NCBI GenBank assembly: GCA_046313635.1
Contig: JBKBYA010000006.1
Location: forward strand, 96,001-160,000
From: Pyrinomonadaceae bacterium
GTDB taxonomy: Bacteria; Acidobacteriota; Blastocatellia; Pyrinomonadales; Pyrinomonadaceae
Reading direction: 5' to 3'
DNA: 64,000 nt
The notes beneath the pieces were generated by a model. It had not been told where the DNA came from and searched no databases. It saw nothing but the letters and a program-made list of their open reading frames with translations. Below are positions 11,254-21,968 of this stretch, piece by piece. The position numbers and the translations under genes are program-made. Every line of letters begins with the position of its first letter. Positions within the stretch are counted from its first letter, which is position 1.

Positions 11254-12159
11254 CTATACCGCCAACTGCTTATTCTTGTTTCGCCGCCAGAATACAAAGA
11301 GCATCGTTCCGAGACCGATCAAGGTCACGACGCCGGCCAGCCTTATCACACGCAGCACCGCAAAGCCGTAGGTGCCGGTCGCGGGATCGTAGTGATAGCA
11401 GTAGAGCAAAAGCTTTTCTGCCGGACTGCCGATCTTGTTCTCGCCCGACTCCATGATCGCGAACTTGAGGTCCTTGGGCGCATAATCGATCCCGTACAGA
11501 TACCGCGACATCTTGCCGTCGGGCGTCGTGACCATGATCCCGCCCGCATGAGCGAATTGATTCGACCTCTCGTCCCAGCGATAGTTGAATCCCGCCGCCT
11601 CCGTGACCGCGTCGATCGACTCCTGCGGCCCCGTCAAAAAATGCCAGCCGCCGGCCGTCTCGGGCCTGCCGTATCGCTCAAGGTACGCCTGCTTCTTGTT
11701 TTGGACGAGCTCGGTCTTGCCGTTCTCGCGAGCGTCGAAGCTGATCGCCACGACGTCAAAATCCTTGCCGGCCTCGAGCGACATTCCCTTGAGCGAGCCC
11801 GTCAGACCGTTGAGCACCTCGTTACAGAGCATCGGGCACTCGTAATAGACGAGTGCGAGCACGACCGGCCGTCCGGACCTAAAGAACTCTCCGAGCTTTA
11901 CCAGCCGGCCCTGCTCGTCGGAAAAGACCGCGTCGAGCGGCAGATGCTCACCCAGCTTCTGCTCGATGCCGACCTCCTTGAGGGCCGGCGGCAGGCCGTT
12001 GTTCTGGCCCGGCTCGTACGTTCGCGGCGAGTAGAGCGGCGAATTGTAATGCTCGACCCGCTGCGCATCGATGTCTATCGCGGCAGCCGCGGCGGTGATC
12101 ACGACCGCGATGGATAATGCCAGTCTCAAAACCGCTGAACTTGGCGTGCGCCGCTCCAT
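11254..12159 (-). CDS. SCO family copper chaperone
   Basis: YYECPMLC CxxxC motif, WHFLTG, FAH; C-terminal TM helix. Confidence 0.9.
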   Translation of the reverse strand: MERRTPSSAVLRLALSIAVVITAAAAAIDIDAQRVEHYNSPLYSPRTYEPGQNNGLPPALKEVGIEQKLGEHLPLDAVFSDEQGRLVKLGEFFRSGRPVVLALVYYECPMLCNEVLNGLTGSLKGMSLEAGKDFDVVAISFDARENGKTELVQNKKQAYLERYGRPETAGGWHFLTGPQESIDAVTEAAGFNYRWDERSNQFAHAGGIMVTTPDGKMSRYLYGIDYAPKDLKFAIMESGENKIGSPAEKLLLYCYHYDPATGTYGFAVLRVIRLAGVVTLIGLGTMLFVFWRRNKNKQLAV

Positions 12160-12178
12160 AAAAACTCCACTTGCAAAA

Positions 12179-12718
12179 CTATCGGATCGTCGCGGTCGCC
12201 ATTCGGCCCGAGCTCGAATCCGTGATGTACTTTCGCGAATCCTTCAGCAGCGCTTCGGCTGCCGGGTCGGCGACGGCCTTTGGGTTCTGCGAGAGAAACG
12301 CCTGTTTGGCCTCTTCGATGCCGGTCGCCAGTCGCGCCCCGCTGTGCGGGTCGGCGACGCCGTGCTGCCAGATCTGCTCCCACTCCTTTCGCAGGATGCG
12401 ATACTCGCTCTGCGGGGCCGTTAGTTCCAGACGCACCTCTCCCTGCGCGGTGTCCACCTTCCAGCCTGGAGCGATCTGCAGGCGCGGCTCGGGCGGCAGC
12501 CGCTCGCCCTCGCTCATCGCCAGCGGGTGACGCGGGTCGGCTCCCTCTGCTGCCTGGTCGCGGAGCACCTCGAGCAGCGCCCACATCAGACCGAAAGTGA
12601 TCACGATCAGCAAAAAGAGCCCGATCGAGAAGTACACGATGCCCTTAAAGCCGATGATGTTCTGTTCGTAAGGCTTGTCGTATGTGACAAAGCTCTTTTC
12701 GTGCCTGGTAGCTCCCAT
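12179..12718 (-). CDS. Single-TM protein, probable alternative complex III subunit ActG
   Basis: One TM helix, 'LPPEPRLQ', position after actF. Confidence 0.6.
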   Translation of the reverse strand: MGATRHEKSFVTYDKPYEQNIIGFKGIVYFSIGLFLLIVITFGLMWALLEVLRDQAAEGADPRHPLAMSEGERLPPEPRLQIAPGWKVDTAQGEVRLELTAPQSEYRILRKEWEQIWQHGVADPHSGARLATGIEEAKQAFLSQNPKAVADPAAEALLKDSRKYITDSSSGRMATATIR

Positions 12719-12743
12719 AAATATCTACTCCAAACTTACAGGT

Positions 12744-13973
12744 TCAATGCCCGCGGCCGTGCTCGACGGCGTTCGGGAAGAACGGATCGTTGGCCGGCAC
12801 CAGCGGCCGCTTTGCAAGCTCGCCAAAGAACCACCACAGCCAGATCCCGCCGATGCCGATCGGAGCGAGCAGATCGAGAAAGCTGAGATAGAAGGCTCCC
12901 TGCTCCATCCCCATCGGATTGATCCGCGGCGTCGGGGCGATGATAAAGATCAGATCGAGGAACCGCATCAAGAGGATGAAGACCGCGATCATCGCAAGCT
13001 TTTTGCCCTTGCGCTTGAAGTCCTGATTCAGGAGGACCAGGAACGGGAACGCGAAGTGCAAAAAGATCAGACCGCCGCCGACCCATGCCCAGGCGCTGCG
13101 CATTCTCGTGATGTACCAGCCGGTCTCCTCCGGGATGTTGCCCGACCAGATGATCAGGAACTGCGAAAAATTGAAGTACGCCCAGACCATAACAAAGGCG
13201 AGCATCAGCTTGCCGATGTCATGGAAGTGCCGCTTGCCGATCACGCGGTCCATCGGCGAACGGCCCTGCAGGTACGAGAGCAAAAGCACGACGAAAGAGA
13301 ACGTGCTCAGTCCCCACGACGCGACCCAGAGCAGTCCCCAGATCGTCGAGAACCAGTGCGGGTCGAGCGTCATCGTCCAATCGACGGTCGCAAAGGTGAG
13401 CGTCAGGACATAAAAGATGATCGCCGGTCCCGAGAATCTCGACGCAGACTCGAGATGTCCGGCCGATTCTTCCGCGGTAGCGGCCGCGTCCTGCTTGCGC
13501 GAGAGGCCGTTGAGATACCAGACCATCACGCCGAAGAGAACGAAGTAAACGGCCGTCCGCAGTAACCAGCCCCAGTCGGTCATGTACCACCCGCGCCACG
13601 CCATGATGTGCTCGGTCTTGGGCAGGTGCGTCCATTCGTACACGCTGTGCGTCGCCACGCCGACCGCGAGCGGGATAAAGAGAATGACGATGATCGGCAG
13701 CGTGCGCGTCGCGGCCTCGAGTATGCGGCGAATGACGACGCCCCACGCGCCGCCGGTCAGGTACTGCAGCATCAGGATGCCGAGACTGCCGAGGCCGAGG
13801 CCGGCCCAGAACATAAATCCGAGCAGCCACGATCGCAGCGCCTGCTCGCGTAGGTCGGGCATGATCACGGCGACGCCGAGCACGACGAGCGAAACGATGC
13901 CGCCGATGCCGAGAGCGAGCGAGCGCCAGCGCTTGAGGTCTTCGGGTGCGGTGTAGTTACCGGAATTCAACAT
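12744..13973 (-). CDS. actF: Alternative complex III membrane subunit ActF
   Basis: ~10 TM helices, DWTMTLDPHWFSTIWG, HDIGKLMLAF, SQFLIIWSGNIPEE. Confidence 0.9.
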   Translation of the reverse strand: MLNSGNYTAPEDLKRWRSLALGIGGIVSLVVLGVAVIMPDLREQALRSWLLGFMFWAGLGLGSLGILMLQYLTGGAWGVVIRRILEAATRTLPIIVILFIPLAVGVATHSVYEWTHLPKTEHIMAWRGWYMTDWGWLLRTAVYFVLFGVMVWYLNGLSRKQDAAATAEESAGHLESASRFSGPAIIFYVLTLTFATVDWTMTLDPHWFSTIWGLLWVASWGLSTFSFVVLLLSYLQGRSPMDRVIGKRHFHDIGKLMLAFVMVWAYFNFSQFLIIWSGNIPEETGWYITRMRSAWAWVGGGLIFLHFAFPFLVLLNQDFKRKGKKLAMIAVFILLMRFLDLIFIIAPTPRINPMGMEQGAFYLSFLDLLAPIGIGGIWLWWFFGELAKRPLVPANDPFFPNAVEHGRGH

Positions 13974-14692
13974 CAGCGCTGCCCTCCGTGAGTGGTCGGA
14001 TCCGTCGCCGGGCTCGGAGCGTTAGCGCCCGAAGCCGTCGTCTGCGGCCGTGGGCCGCCTGTCGTATTCGAACTCATGTTGTTCGGATTTTGTGAGATCT
14101 GCAGTGTGCGGATGTACGCCACGATCGCCCAGCGGTCGGCCGGTGTGATCTGCGCGGCGTAGCTGTTCATCTTGCCCCAGCCGTTGGTGATGACGTCGTA
14201 AAAGTGCCCGACCGGCGCGTTGCGCAGGCGGTCGTCGTGGTACGTCGGCGGCTGCGGAAATCCGCGGCGGACGATCATTCCGTCGCCGCTGCCCGTCGGC
14301 CCGTGGCAGACGATGCAGTAGATGTTGTAACGCTCCTGACCGCGGTCGATAAGCTCCTTGGTGACCGGGACCGGAAACTGTTCGATCGCGTTGGGAAAGC
14401 TCGTGACCAGCGTGTTGCCGCGTGCGTCGGTCGTCGTCGAGACCTGAGCGTTCGGGTTCGGATCGTCGATCTTGCCGGTATAGAAGGCCTTGTTGTCCTT
14501 CAGGTGACCGCGGGCGACAGTGCCCTCCGGCAGGTCGCGCGAGCTGCGGCCGTCGGCAAAGAAGGTGCTCTCCTTGTAGTACTTGTAACGCGGCTGGTCC
14601 TGCATGTCGTATCGGCAGCCGGCGGCGAATACGGTCGAGAGCCCCAAAAGGAGCAGGCCGAGCCGTCGCCCGTGCAACTTAGTCCTCAACAT
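13973..14692 (-). CDS. actE: Alternative complex III monoheme cytochrome c lipoprotein ActE
   Basis: Lipobox FAAGC, DMQDQPRY, PEGTVARG, YCIVCHG, RWAIVAYIR. Confidence 0.9.
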   Translation of the reverse strand: MLRTKLHGRRLGLLLLGLSTVFAAGCRYDMQDQPRYKYYKESTFFADGRSSRDLPEGTVARGHLKDNKAFYTGKIDDPNPNAQVSTTTDARGNTLVTSFPNAIEQFPVPVTKELIDRGQERYNIYCIVCHGPTGSGDGMIVRRGFPQPPTYHDDRLRNAPVGHFYDVITNGWGKMNSYAAQITPADRWAIVAYIRTLQISQNPNNMSSNTTGGPRPQTTASGANAPSPATDPTTHGGQR

Positions 14693-15233
14693 CAAAGACC
14701 TCCTGAGCGCCGAGTCCCTGCATAAAACCTCGGGTGGTTTCATAATCAAAATTGCTGTCGTCCGCCTGTATCAGCAGGAAAAACTTTTCGCGCGTCGCGA
14801 GCGCAAATCTCGGCACGTTAAAGACCGGGTGATAAGGGCTCGGCAGACCATTCAAAAACAGCATCCCAAAGACCGCCGTGAACGCCGCGAGCAGGATCGT
14901 CAGCTCGTACGCCGGCGGGACCATCGCCGGAATGCTCAGGTGCGGGCGGCCGCCGACGATGATCGGGTAATCGATCACGTGGACAAAATACTGGAGCGCT
15001 ACGCCGGACAATAGTCCGACGATGCCGCCGCCGAAGCACAGGTACGGCAGGATGCTGCGCTTGATGCCGAGGGCCTCGTCGATCTCATGCAGCGGGAACG
15101 GGCTGAAGGCGTCGGTCCGCGTATAGCCCGCGTCACGCACTTGACGCGCGGCGTCGACGAGCTCGGTCGCGGTGTCGAACTCGGCCATCAGGCCGTAAAG
15201 ATTCTTGGTCATAGGTGAAGTGTTCTCGCTCAT
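14679..15233 (-). CDS. actD: Alternative complex III subunit ActD (DUF3341)
   Basis: GLMAEF, DAFSPFPLH, DYPIIVGGRP, YELTIL, PYHPVF. Confidence 0.9.
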   Translation of the reverse strand: MSENTSPMTKNLYGLMAEFDTATELVDAARQVRDAGYTRTDAFSPFPLHEIDEALGIKRSILPYLCFGGGIVGLLSGVALQYFVHVIDYPIIVGGRPHLSIPAMVPPAYELTILLAAFTAVFGMLFLNGLPSPYHPVFNVPRFALATREKFFLLIQADDSNFDYETTRGFMQGLGAQEVFDVED

Positions 15234-15251
15234 CGATACTCTCCTCCCTTC

Positions 15252-16712
15252 TTATTTCGCCGGCTCCAGCCCGGGCGGATCGGTGCGATCGTAGGTGTAC
15301 TCGACCTCGTTGACGTTCGCCTCAAAATCCTGATGATGCCCGTGAACGTTGGCCTCAGGCAGCAGCGTGCGGACCTCGAAGATCGAGATGATCGGCACGA
15401 ACCGCACAAAGAGGTAAAGCAGCGTAAAGAAGAACCCGATCGTCCCGATGAACATCGACCAGTCCCAGAACCGCGGGCTGTACATCGCCCACGACGAGGG
15501 CAGGAAGTCGCGATTCAAGCTCGTCACGATGATGACGAAGCGCTCGAGCCACATGCCGACGCTGACGACGACCGAGATCATAAAGAGCCAGAATTCGCTC
15601 TCACGGAAACGCTTGAACCAGAGCAGCTGGATCGACAGGCCGTTGCACAGGATGAGCAGCCAGTACGACCACCAGTACGGGCCTGTCCAGATGCGGTTAT
15701 GGATCATGAACCACTCGTACTCGGCCGCGCTGTACCAGGCAAAAAAGGCCTCCATCGCGTAGCCGTAAACGACGATGAATCCGGTCGCCATCATCACCTT
15801 GCCCATGTACACGAGGTGCGTATGGGTGATGAAGTCCTTCATGTTGTACCAGTGCCGCAGCGGGATGCAGAGGATGAGCACCATCGCAAAACCCGCAAAG
15901 ATGGCACCGGCCACGAAGTACGGCGGAAAGATCGTCGCGTGCCAGCCCGGCAGCTGCGCCACCGAGAAGTCGAACGACACGATCGAGTGCACCGAAAGCA
16001 CGAGCGGCGTAGAGAGGCCGGCGAGGATCAGGTACGCAAGCTCGTAGCGGTGCCAGTGACGGGCCGAGCCGCGCCAGCCCCACGAGAGGATCGCGTAAAC
16101 GAATTTGAAGGTCTTGTTCTTGGCCCGGTCGCGAAGCGTCGCAAAGTCGGGGATGAGTCCTACATACCAGAAGAGGGCCGAAACGGTCGCGTACGTCGAG
16201 ACCGCAAAAACGTCCCAGATGAGCGGCGAGCGGAACTGCGGCCAGATGCCCATCGTGTTCGGGTACGGGAAGAGCCAGTACGCCGCGAGCCACGGTCGAC
16301 CGGTATGCAGCAGCGGGAACATCGCCGCGCACGCCACGGCAAAGAGCGTCATCGCCTCGGCAAAGCGGTTGATCGACGTTCGCCACTTCTGGTTGAGCAG
16401 CAGCAGGATCGCCGAGATCAGCGTTCCGGCGTGACCGATGCCGATCCACCAAACGAAGTTGATGATGTCGAATGCCCATCCGACAGGCTGGTTGTTGCCC
16501 CAGACGCCGATACCGTTCGCAAGCAGCCAGACGACGGTAAAGAGCAGCGACTGCGCGACCAAAAACGCGATGCCGAATCCGACAAACCAGTGGAACGGCG
16601 TCTTTTTCTTGAGCGTGACGTCGCTGATCTTGTCCGTGACGGTCGCAAAGCTGTGATCGCCCTCGACCATCGGCGGCACCAGCCGTCTGTGCATTTCCTG
16701 TAGATCCTGCAT
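15252..16712 (-). CDS. actC: Alternative complex III quinol-binding subunit ActC (NrfD/PsrC family)
   Basis: NFVWWIGIGHAGTLISAIL, WRTSINRFAEAMT, SPLIWDVFAV, WLERFVII. Confidence 0.95.
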   Translation of the reverse strand: MQDLQEMHRRLVPPMVEGDHSFATVTDKISDVTLKKKTPFHWFVGFGIAFLVAQSLLFTVVWLLANGIGVWGNNQPVGWAFDIINFVWWIGIGHAGTLISAILLLLNQKWRTSINRFAEAMTLFAVACAAMFPLLHTGRPWLAAYWLFPYPNTMGIWPQFRSPLIWDVFAVSTYATVSALFWYVGLIPDFATLRDRAKNKTFKFVYAILSWGWRGSARHWHRYELAYLILAGLSTPLVLSVHSIVSFDFSVAQLPGWHATIFPPYFVAGAIFAGFAMVLILCIPLRHWYNMKDFITHTHLVYMGKVMMATGFIVVYGYAMEAFFAWYSAAEYEWFMIHNRIWTGPYWWSYWLLILCNGLSIQLLWFKRFRESEFWLFMISVVVSVGMWLERFVIIVTSLNRDFLPSSWAMYSPRFWDWSMFIGTIGFFFTLLYLFVRFVPIISIFEVRTLLPEANVHGHHQDFEANVNEVEYTYDRTDPPGLEPAK

Positions 16713-16777
16713 AGTTTCCTGAGCTGTTTCCCAGTTATCGCGAGCGGCCCTGATCAGGCACGCTCACCATTCATTGA

Positions 16778-19700
16778 TCAATGTCCGCCCTCGACCGGTC
16801 CGGGCTGGGCCTCGGCGTTGTGCTCCATCGAATCTTCAAAGCCCCAAACGCCTTCCTTGTAATCGGGCATTTCCTTGTTCTGGTTCTTCAAACCGGCAAG
16901 GTACGTCGTCCGCGGCTGCGTGTTGAGCTCGTTGAGCAGCATGTAGTTTCGCGGGTCCTTTTTGGCCTTGGCGATCTGGCTGTTCTCGTCGCGCATGTCG
17001 CCGAACGAAAAGACGTTCGTCGGGCACGCCGCCTGACACGCGGTCATGATCTCGCCGTCCTGGATCGGCCTGTCGTCCTTTTGCGCCTCGATGCGGGCGG
17101 CGGCGATACGCTGCACGCAGAAGGTGCACTTCTCCATCACACCGCGGCTGCGGATCGAGACCTCAGGATTGCGCATCAGCTTGTACTGCGGCGTATTCCA
17201 ATCCTGGTAGAGGAAAAAGTTGAACCGGCGCACCTTGTACGGGCAGTTGTTTGAGCAGTAGCGGGTACCGACGCAGCGGTTGTAGACCATGTCGTTCAGG
17301 CCCTCGGCGCTGTGGACCGTCGCGTGCACCGGACAGACGACCTCGCACGGCGCCTGCTCGCACTGCTGGCAGAGGACTGGCTGGAAAGCCGGCCCTTCGA
17401 CGGCGTTGATGTCGTCGCCCTTGTAATATGCGTCGATCCGCAGCCAGTGCATCTCGCGGCTCCGCTCGACCTGCTCCTTGCCGACGACCGGGATGTTGTT
17501 CTCGGCCTGGCACGCGATCACACAGGCGTTGCAGCCGACACAATTATTGATGTCGATCGTCATCGCCCACTTGTGATTCTTGTTGTAGGTCTCCTGGTGC
17601 TGCTCGTACGGGTACATCGAGTAAGGATAGAAATCCTTCTGCTTGCCCATCTCGGGATGGGCGTTGAGCTGCTCGACGTCGACCCGCCGCAGCAGATCGC
17701 GGCCTTCCATATTGAAGTGCGTCTGCGTCGAGGCGATGGTCGTCGACTCGCCCGTCTTGGCGATCTCGCCAAGGCCCGCGTACATCGCGTCTGAGCGCAT
17801 CACGTCGAACGCGTTGTAGCCGAGGTTATTGCCCACCTGCCCCGACCGCGTACGGCCGTAGCCCATAAAGATCGTGACGACGCCGTCCGGCTGGCCGGGC
17901 ACGATCCACATCGGCACCTGCTTGCCGATCTGCGCTCCCTGAAACTTGAGATTGACGAGGTCAGAATGCAGATTGCCGCCGCGTGTGTTGATAAAGCTGT
18001 AACCCTCGCGGCCGCCGGCGTACGGATCGTAGTCCTCGCCGGCGTTGATGCCGAGCTCGGCCGCGGTCCGCGGGCTGATAAAAGCGATATTCTCCCAGGT
18101 CGTCTTGGTCAGCGGACGCGGCAGCTCCTGCAGCCAGCCGTTGTTGTTGAAGCGGCCGTCGTAAACGCTCGGGTCGGGAAGGATGTTGATCTCGAGCTGA
18201 CCCGAAGCCGGCGAGGCCGGCGTCGACTGAGCGAGAAACGCGGTGTTGACCGACGGCGTCTTTGGCGTACCGGCCGATCCCGGGATCAGCCCGAGATGGA
18301 CGACGCTGCGCCAGCGGTCTTCGAAATTCGTACCCGCAGCGGCCGGCTGTGCGGCTGCATTCGCCGCGGCTCCTTGCGGAGCGGCCGGAGCTGCGCTGCC
18401 GCCGAGATTCTGCGTCTGCCAGTAGCCCTTGACGATGTCGTAATCCTTGCGGTCGTAGTTCTCCTTAAAAAAGAGCTGTACGACCTCGTAAATGCTGTGG
18501 CCTTCGTAGAGCGGCTCGATGAGCGGCTGCATCAGCGAGACGGTGCCGTCGTACGCGCGGGCGTCGCCCCACATTTCGAGGTAATGCTTTTCGTTTACGA
18601 ACCACTGGCAGACCTCGGCGGTCTCATTGTGATGCGTGCCGAGATAAACGCGGAGCGGGACCTTGTTATTGAGCCGGTCGAGCGTGAGCTTCAGGTCGGC
18701 CGGCGAATCGTAAACGGGATTGCCGCCGAGGATGACGAGCATCTTCACGCGTCCGGCGTCGATGTCGGCGATCAGCTCGCGAAGCTGCTCGACCTGCGGG
18801 CGGTCGGCGTTTGGCGAGAGCGGATCGATGTATGTAACGGTCGCTCCGACGGCGCCGAGTTTGGCGTTCATCGCGTGCGCGAGAGCGTGGACGATGGGCG
18901 GGGCCTGGTCGCCCGCGATGACGAGCGAACGGCCCGACGAAGCCTGCAGGTCCTTTGCCGCGGCCGCAACCCACGCGGCCTGCTCGCCGCCAAGCGAACT
19001 CGCTCCGCCGACGCCGAGTGCGGCGGCAAAGGCCTTTGCGACCTCGACGACCTGGCTCGGCTTGACGGCCAGGCGGTGGTCGGCCTTGGCTCCGGTCAGC
19101 GACAATTTTGACTCAACGGTGTAGAGGCGATTGATCTCGCGCTTGTCTGCGGCCCAGCGTCGGGCCTTGGCGTAGTCGTTGATGTAGCCGACGTTAAAGC
19201 TCGAAAAGATATCGGCGTCGAGCGAGAGCACCTTTTCCGCCTTGTCGATGTGATAGACCGTCTGCACCGGCGAGCCAAAGGCCATCTTGGCGCCCTGCAT
19301 CGCGTTGTCCTGGTTGACCGGCTCGTACTGGAACCACTTGGCGTTCGGCAGCTCGGCCGAAAGGCGGCGGAACTGGTCGATCAGCGTCGGCGAGGTGACC
19401 GTCTGCGTCAGGAATCGAATGCCCGCTCCGCCGTCGGCGCGATTGGCGTCGAGCTGCGAGCGGATCTCGCTCGCGAACGACTGCCACGACCGCGAATCGC
19501 CGCGGAAAGTGACCTCCTTGGCGCGGTCCGGATCGTACATATCCAGCAGCGAGGCCTGCGCCCTGACGTCGGTCGCGCCGCGGCTGTTGGGATGCTCGGG
19601 GTTGCCCTCGATCTTGATCGGCCGTCCGTCGTACGACTTGGCGAGCACGCCCATCGCCTGACCGCCGAGCGTAAAGGTCGTGGCAAAGAATAGCGGCTTG

Positions 19701-19996
19701 CCCGGCAGCAGGTCTTCGGGCTGGCGGACGTAAGGAACGATCTTCTCGGGCGGCTGAATGACGCAGCCGCTCAATCCGGCGAGAGCGAGCGAGGCGCCCA
19801 TCACCTTGATAAAGTTGCGGCGGCTCAGCGAGTCGTCCCAGACCTCGGCCTGCGACGGGTATTCCTGCTTGACCGCGTCGGCAAACTCAGGAGTGTCGAT
19901 AAACTCCTCGAGGCTGCGCCAATACTGCTTTCCGTTCTGAGACAAGATCTTTTCCCTCAGGCGGGCAAAGCTCTGTTTGCTGTCTTGACTGGACAT
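16778..19996 (-). CDS. actB: Alternative complex III subunit ActB (molybdopterin-oxidoreductase-like plus 4Fe-4S domain, Tat-exported)
   Basis: YWRSL, SRRNFIK Tat motif, KIEGNPEHP, CVGCNACVIAC, CQQCEQAPC..VC, CVGTRYCSNNC, EKCTFC. Confidence 0.95.
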   Translation of the reverse strand: MSSQDSKQSFARLREKILSQNGKQYWRSLEEFIDTPEFADAVKQEYPSQAEVWDDSLSRRNFIKVMGASLALAGLSGCVIQPPEKIVPYVRQPEDLLPGKPLFFATTFTLGGQAMGVLAKSYDGRPIKIEGNPEHPNSRGATDVRAQASLLDMYDPDRAKEVTFRGDSRSWQSFASEIRSQLDANRADGGAGIRFLTQTVTSPTLIDQFRRLSAELPNAKWFQYEPVNQDNAMQGAKMAFGSPVQTVYHIDKAEKVLSLDADIFSSFNVGYINDYAKARRWAADKREINRLYTVESKLSLTGAKADHRLAVKPSQVVEVAKAFAAALGVGGASSLGGEQAAWVAAAAKDLQASSGRSLVIAGDQAPPIVHALAHAMNAKLGAVGATVTYIDPLSPNADRPQVEQLRELIADIDAGRVKMLVILGGNPVYDSPADLKLTLDRLNNKVPLRVYLGTHHNETAEVCQWFVNEKHYLEMWGDARAYDGTVSLMQPLIEPLYEGHSIYEVVQLFFKENYDRKDYDIVKGYWQTQNLGGSAAPAAPQGAAANAAAQPAAAGTNFEDRWRSVVHLGLIPGSAGTPKTPSVNTAFLAQSTPASPASGQLEINILPDPSVYDGRFNNNGWLQELPRPLTKTTWENIAFISPRTAAELGINAGEDYDPYAGGREGYSFINTRGGNLHSDLVNLKFQGAQIGKQVPMWIVPGQPDGVVTIFMGYGRTRSGQVGNNLGYNAFDVMRSDAMYAGLGEIAKTGESTTIASTQTHFNMEGRDLLRRVDVEQLNAHPEMGKQKDFYPYSMYPYEQHQETYNKNHKWAMTIDINNCVGCNACVIACQAENNIPVVGKEQVERSREMHWLRIDAYYKGDDINAVEGPAFQPVLCQQCEQAPCEVVCPVHATVHSAEGLNDMVYNRCVGTRYCSNNCPYKVRRFNFFLYQDWNTPQYKLMRNPEVSIRSRGVMEKCTFCVQRIAAARIEAQKDDRPIQDGEIMTACQAACPTNVFSFGDMRDENSQIAKAKKDPRNYMLLNELNTQPRTTYLAGLKNQNKEMPDYKEGVWGFEDSMEHNAEAQPGPVEGGH

Positions 19997-20125
19997 CTTT
20001 TCTTCGATCCTTTTCGTTTGGTCCGCCCCGGGTAGCGGGCGGCTATTCTCGGAGAACCGCGGTTCTCCACTATCGACAGCGTTAACGCTCGTTCGCTGTC
20101 GTCCGGCATCGACCGGAACAAAACT

Positions 20126-20785
20126 TTACCGGTGACACGTCGAGCAGCTCGTCAGCATCTCGCGGCTCCGGATCTTGTAGTCCTCTGCCAGCTTCTTTCG
20201 CTCGTCGGCGTTAAGGTCGCGGTCGGCCCACTGCATGTTGTAGATCTCCGATCTGGGCCGGATGAAATTCTCAGGATTGCGGTGGCACTGCAGGCACCAT
20301 TCCATCTGCAGAGTATTTTCCTGATAGACGGCCGGCATATTGTCGATCTGGCCGTGGCATGTCGAGCAGCCGACGCCCTTTGCCACGTGAATGCTGTGGT
20401 TGAAGTAAACGTACTCGGGAAGGTCGTGAACGCGCTCCCACTTGATCGGCTTATTCTCGCGCAGGCTCGCACGGATGGGTTCGAGATACGGACTGTCGGC
20501 AAAGAGCTGGCTGTGGCAGTTCATACAGGTCTGCGTCGGCGGCATTCCCGCGGTAGCGGTGGTCTCGACCGTGCTGTGGCAGTAGCGGCAGTCGATGCCG
20601 TCGTCGCCGACGTGGTGCTTGTGACTGAACTGCACGGGCTGCTGCTTCTCTATATATCGTCCCGTGAGGTACGACGATCGTGCGACCTGCGTATAGACGT
20701 AGAAGGCCGTCCCCGCGAGGACGACGACGACGACCATGCTGATCCTCGCGATGTTGTTTGCACTTCGGTGAAAAAATTGCGCCAT
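20126..20785 (-). CDS. actA: Alternative complex III pentaheme cytochrome c ActA
   Basis: N-terminal TM helix, QPVQFSHKHH, five CxxCH motifs (CRYCH, CMNCH, CSTCH, CLQCH, CSTCH). Confidence 0.95.
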   Translation of the reverse strand: MAQFFHRSANNIARISMVVVVVLAGTAFYVYTQVARSSYLTGRYIEKQQPVQFSHKHHVGDDGIDCRYCHSTVETTATAGMPPTQTCMNCHSQLFADSPYLEPIRASLRENKPIKWERVHDLPEYVYFNHSIHVAKGVGCSTCHGQIDNMPAVYQENTLQMEWCLQCHRNPENFIRPRSEIYNMQWADRDLNADERKKLAEDYKIRSREMLTSCSTCHR

Positions 20786-21047
20786 TCTGCCGATCCTCTC
20801 GTCCTGGATTGCAACATACAAATCGCCGAGGCCCCTCAACTCTCGAAGCAGTGGGCAAACCTCCGACGATTTAAGATTCAGGAATGTAGCTGCGTAATAA
20901 CCAAGAAAGATTTTACAAAATCTGTTTGTTTCCGCAACTTCAACCTAAAAATTTAGAACGCGGCGTGCCCGAGCGGCAACCGGCCATAAATTAGTTTGGC
21001 TCATCCGGCAAATAAAAATTCCGGAAGGCCGCGAAAAGCTCCGGTCG

Positions 21048-21968
21048 CTAACGGGTCAGGAGTGCGGCCCCGATCGCCGCGGCGTCGTCGCCGAGCTCGC
21101 CGACGACGATCCGCGTAGCTTGAAATGCGGGTCTGAACGAGAATTCACGCGCCGTATTGACGATCGAGTCGAGCAGGGCGCCGCCGGCTCGCATCGTCCG
21201 TCCGCCGAGAACGATGACAGGCACGTTAAGCAGATTGATGACGGTGGATATCGCGACGCCGATGTACGTGCCGGTCCGCTCCATCATCATCGTCGCAAAG
21301 TCGTCCTCGCCGGCCGCGGCCTCGATGATGTCGTCGACGGTGATCGCCGATTCGTCGAGGCGATTGAGCGAGGAGGTGCTGTCCTGGTGAAAGCGGCTGC
21401 GTGTGCGGCGGACGATATTCCCCGCGGAGGCGACGTCCTCCAGACGCAGCCCGTCGGCGTTGACGGCGACCGAGCCAAACTCCCCCGCGTAACCCGACGC
21501 TCCGTGCCAGATCTTGCCGTCGACGATCAGGGCCCCGCCGACGCCCGTGCCGAATGTCGCGTAGAACATACTCTGGCTGCCGCGTCCCGCGCCGAGGACG
21601 TACTCGCCGTAGGCGGCCGCGTTGGCGTCATTCTCGAGTATCGCGGCGACGCCGGTCGCAAACTCGATCTCGCGGCCGATGTCGGTCGTCGAGTGCGAAG
21701 GGATGTATGTCGAGACCGCGACGCGGCGCGTCTCGCGGTCTATCAGACCGGGGATCGCGATGCCGGCGCGTTCAAACTCGCCGAGGTCCTGCTTCAACTC
21801 GTGAATGAACGCGATAAGCTCAGCGACCGAGTCGCCGGTGCTGCTGACCGGCTTTCGCCGGCGGGTCACGGGACGGCCGTCATTATCGAGGCAGACCGCG
21901 TTGAGGTCGGAGACCGACGCGTCGATGCCGACAAATTTCGAAGGCCCGGCGGGCACACTGCTGCTCAT
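21048..21968 (-). CDS. ROK family sugar kinase
   Basis: GIAIPG, LENDANAAAYGE, GTGVGG, AGEFG, LGDDAAAIGAA. Confidence 0.9.
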   Translation of the reverse strand: MSSSVPAGPSKFVGIDASVSDLNAVCLDNDGRPVTRRRKPVSSTGDSVAELIAFIHELKQDLGEFERAGIAIPGLIDRETRRVAVSTYIPSHSTTDIGREIEFATGVAAILENDANAAAYGEYVLGAGRGSQSMFYATFGTGVGGALIVDGKIWHGASGYAGEFGSVAVNADGLRLEDVASAGNIVRRTRSRFHQDSTSSLNRLDESAITVDDIIEAAAGEDDFATMMMERTGTYIGVAISTVINLLNVPVIVLGGRTMRAGGALLDSIVNTAREFSFRPAFQATRIVVGELGDDAAAIGAALLTR

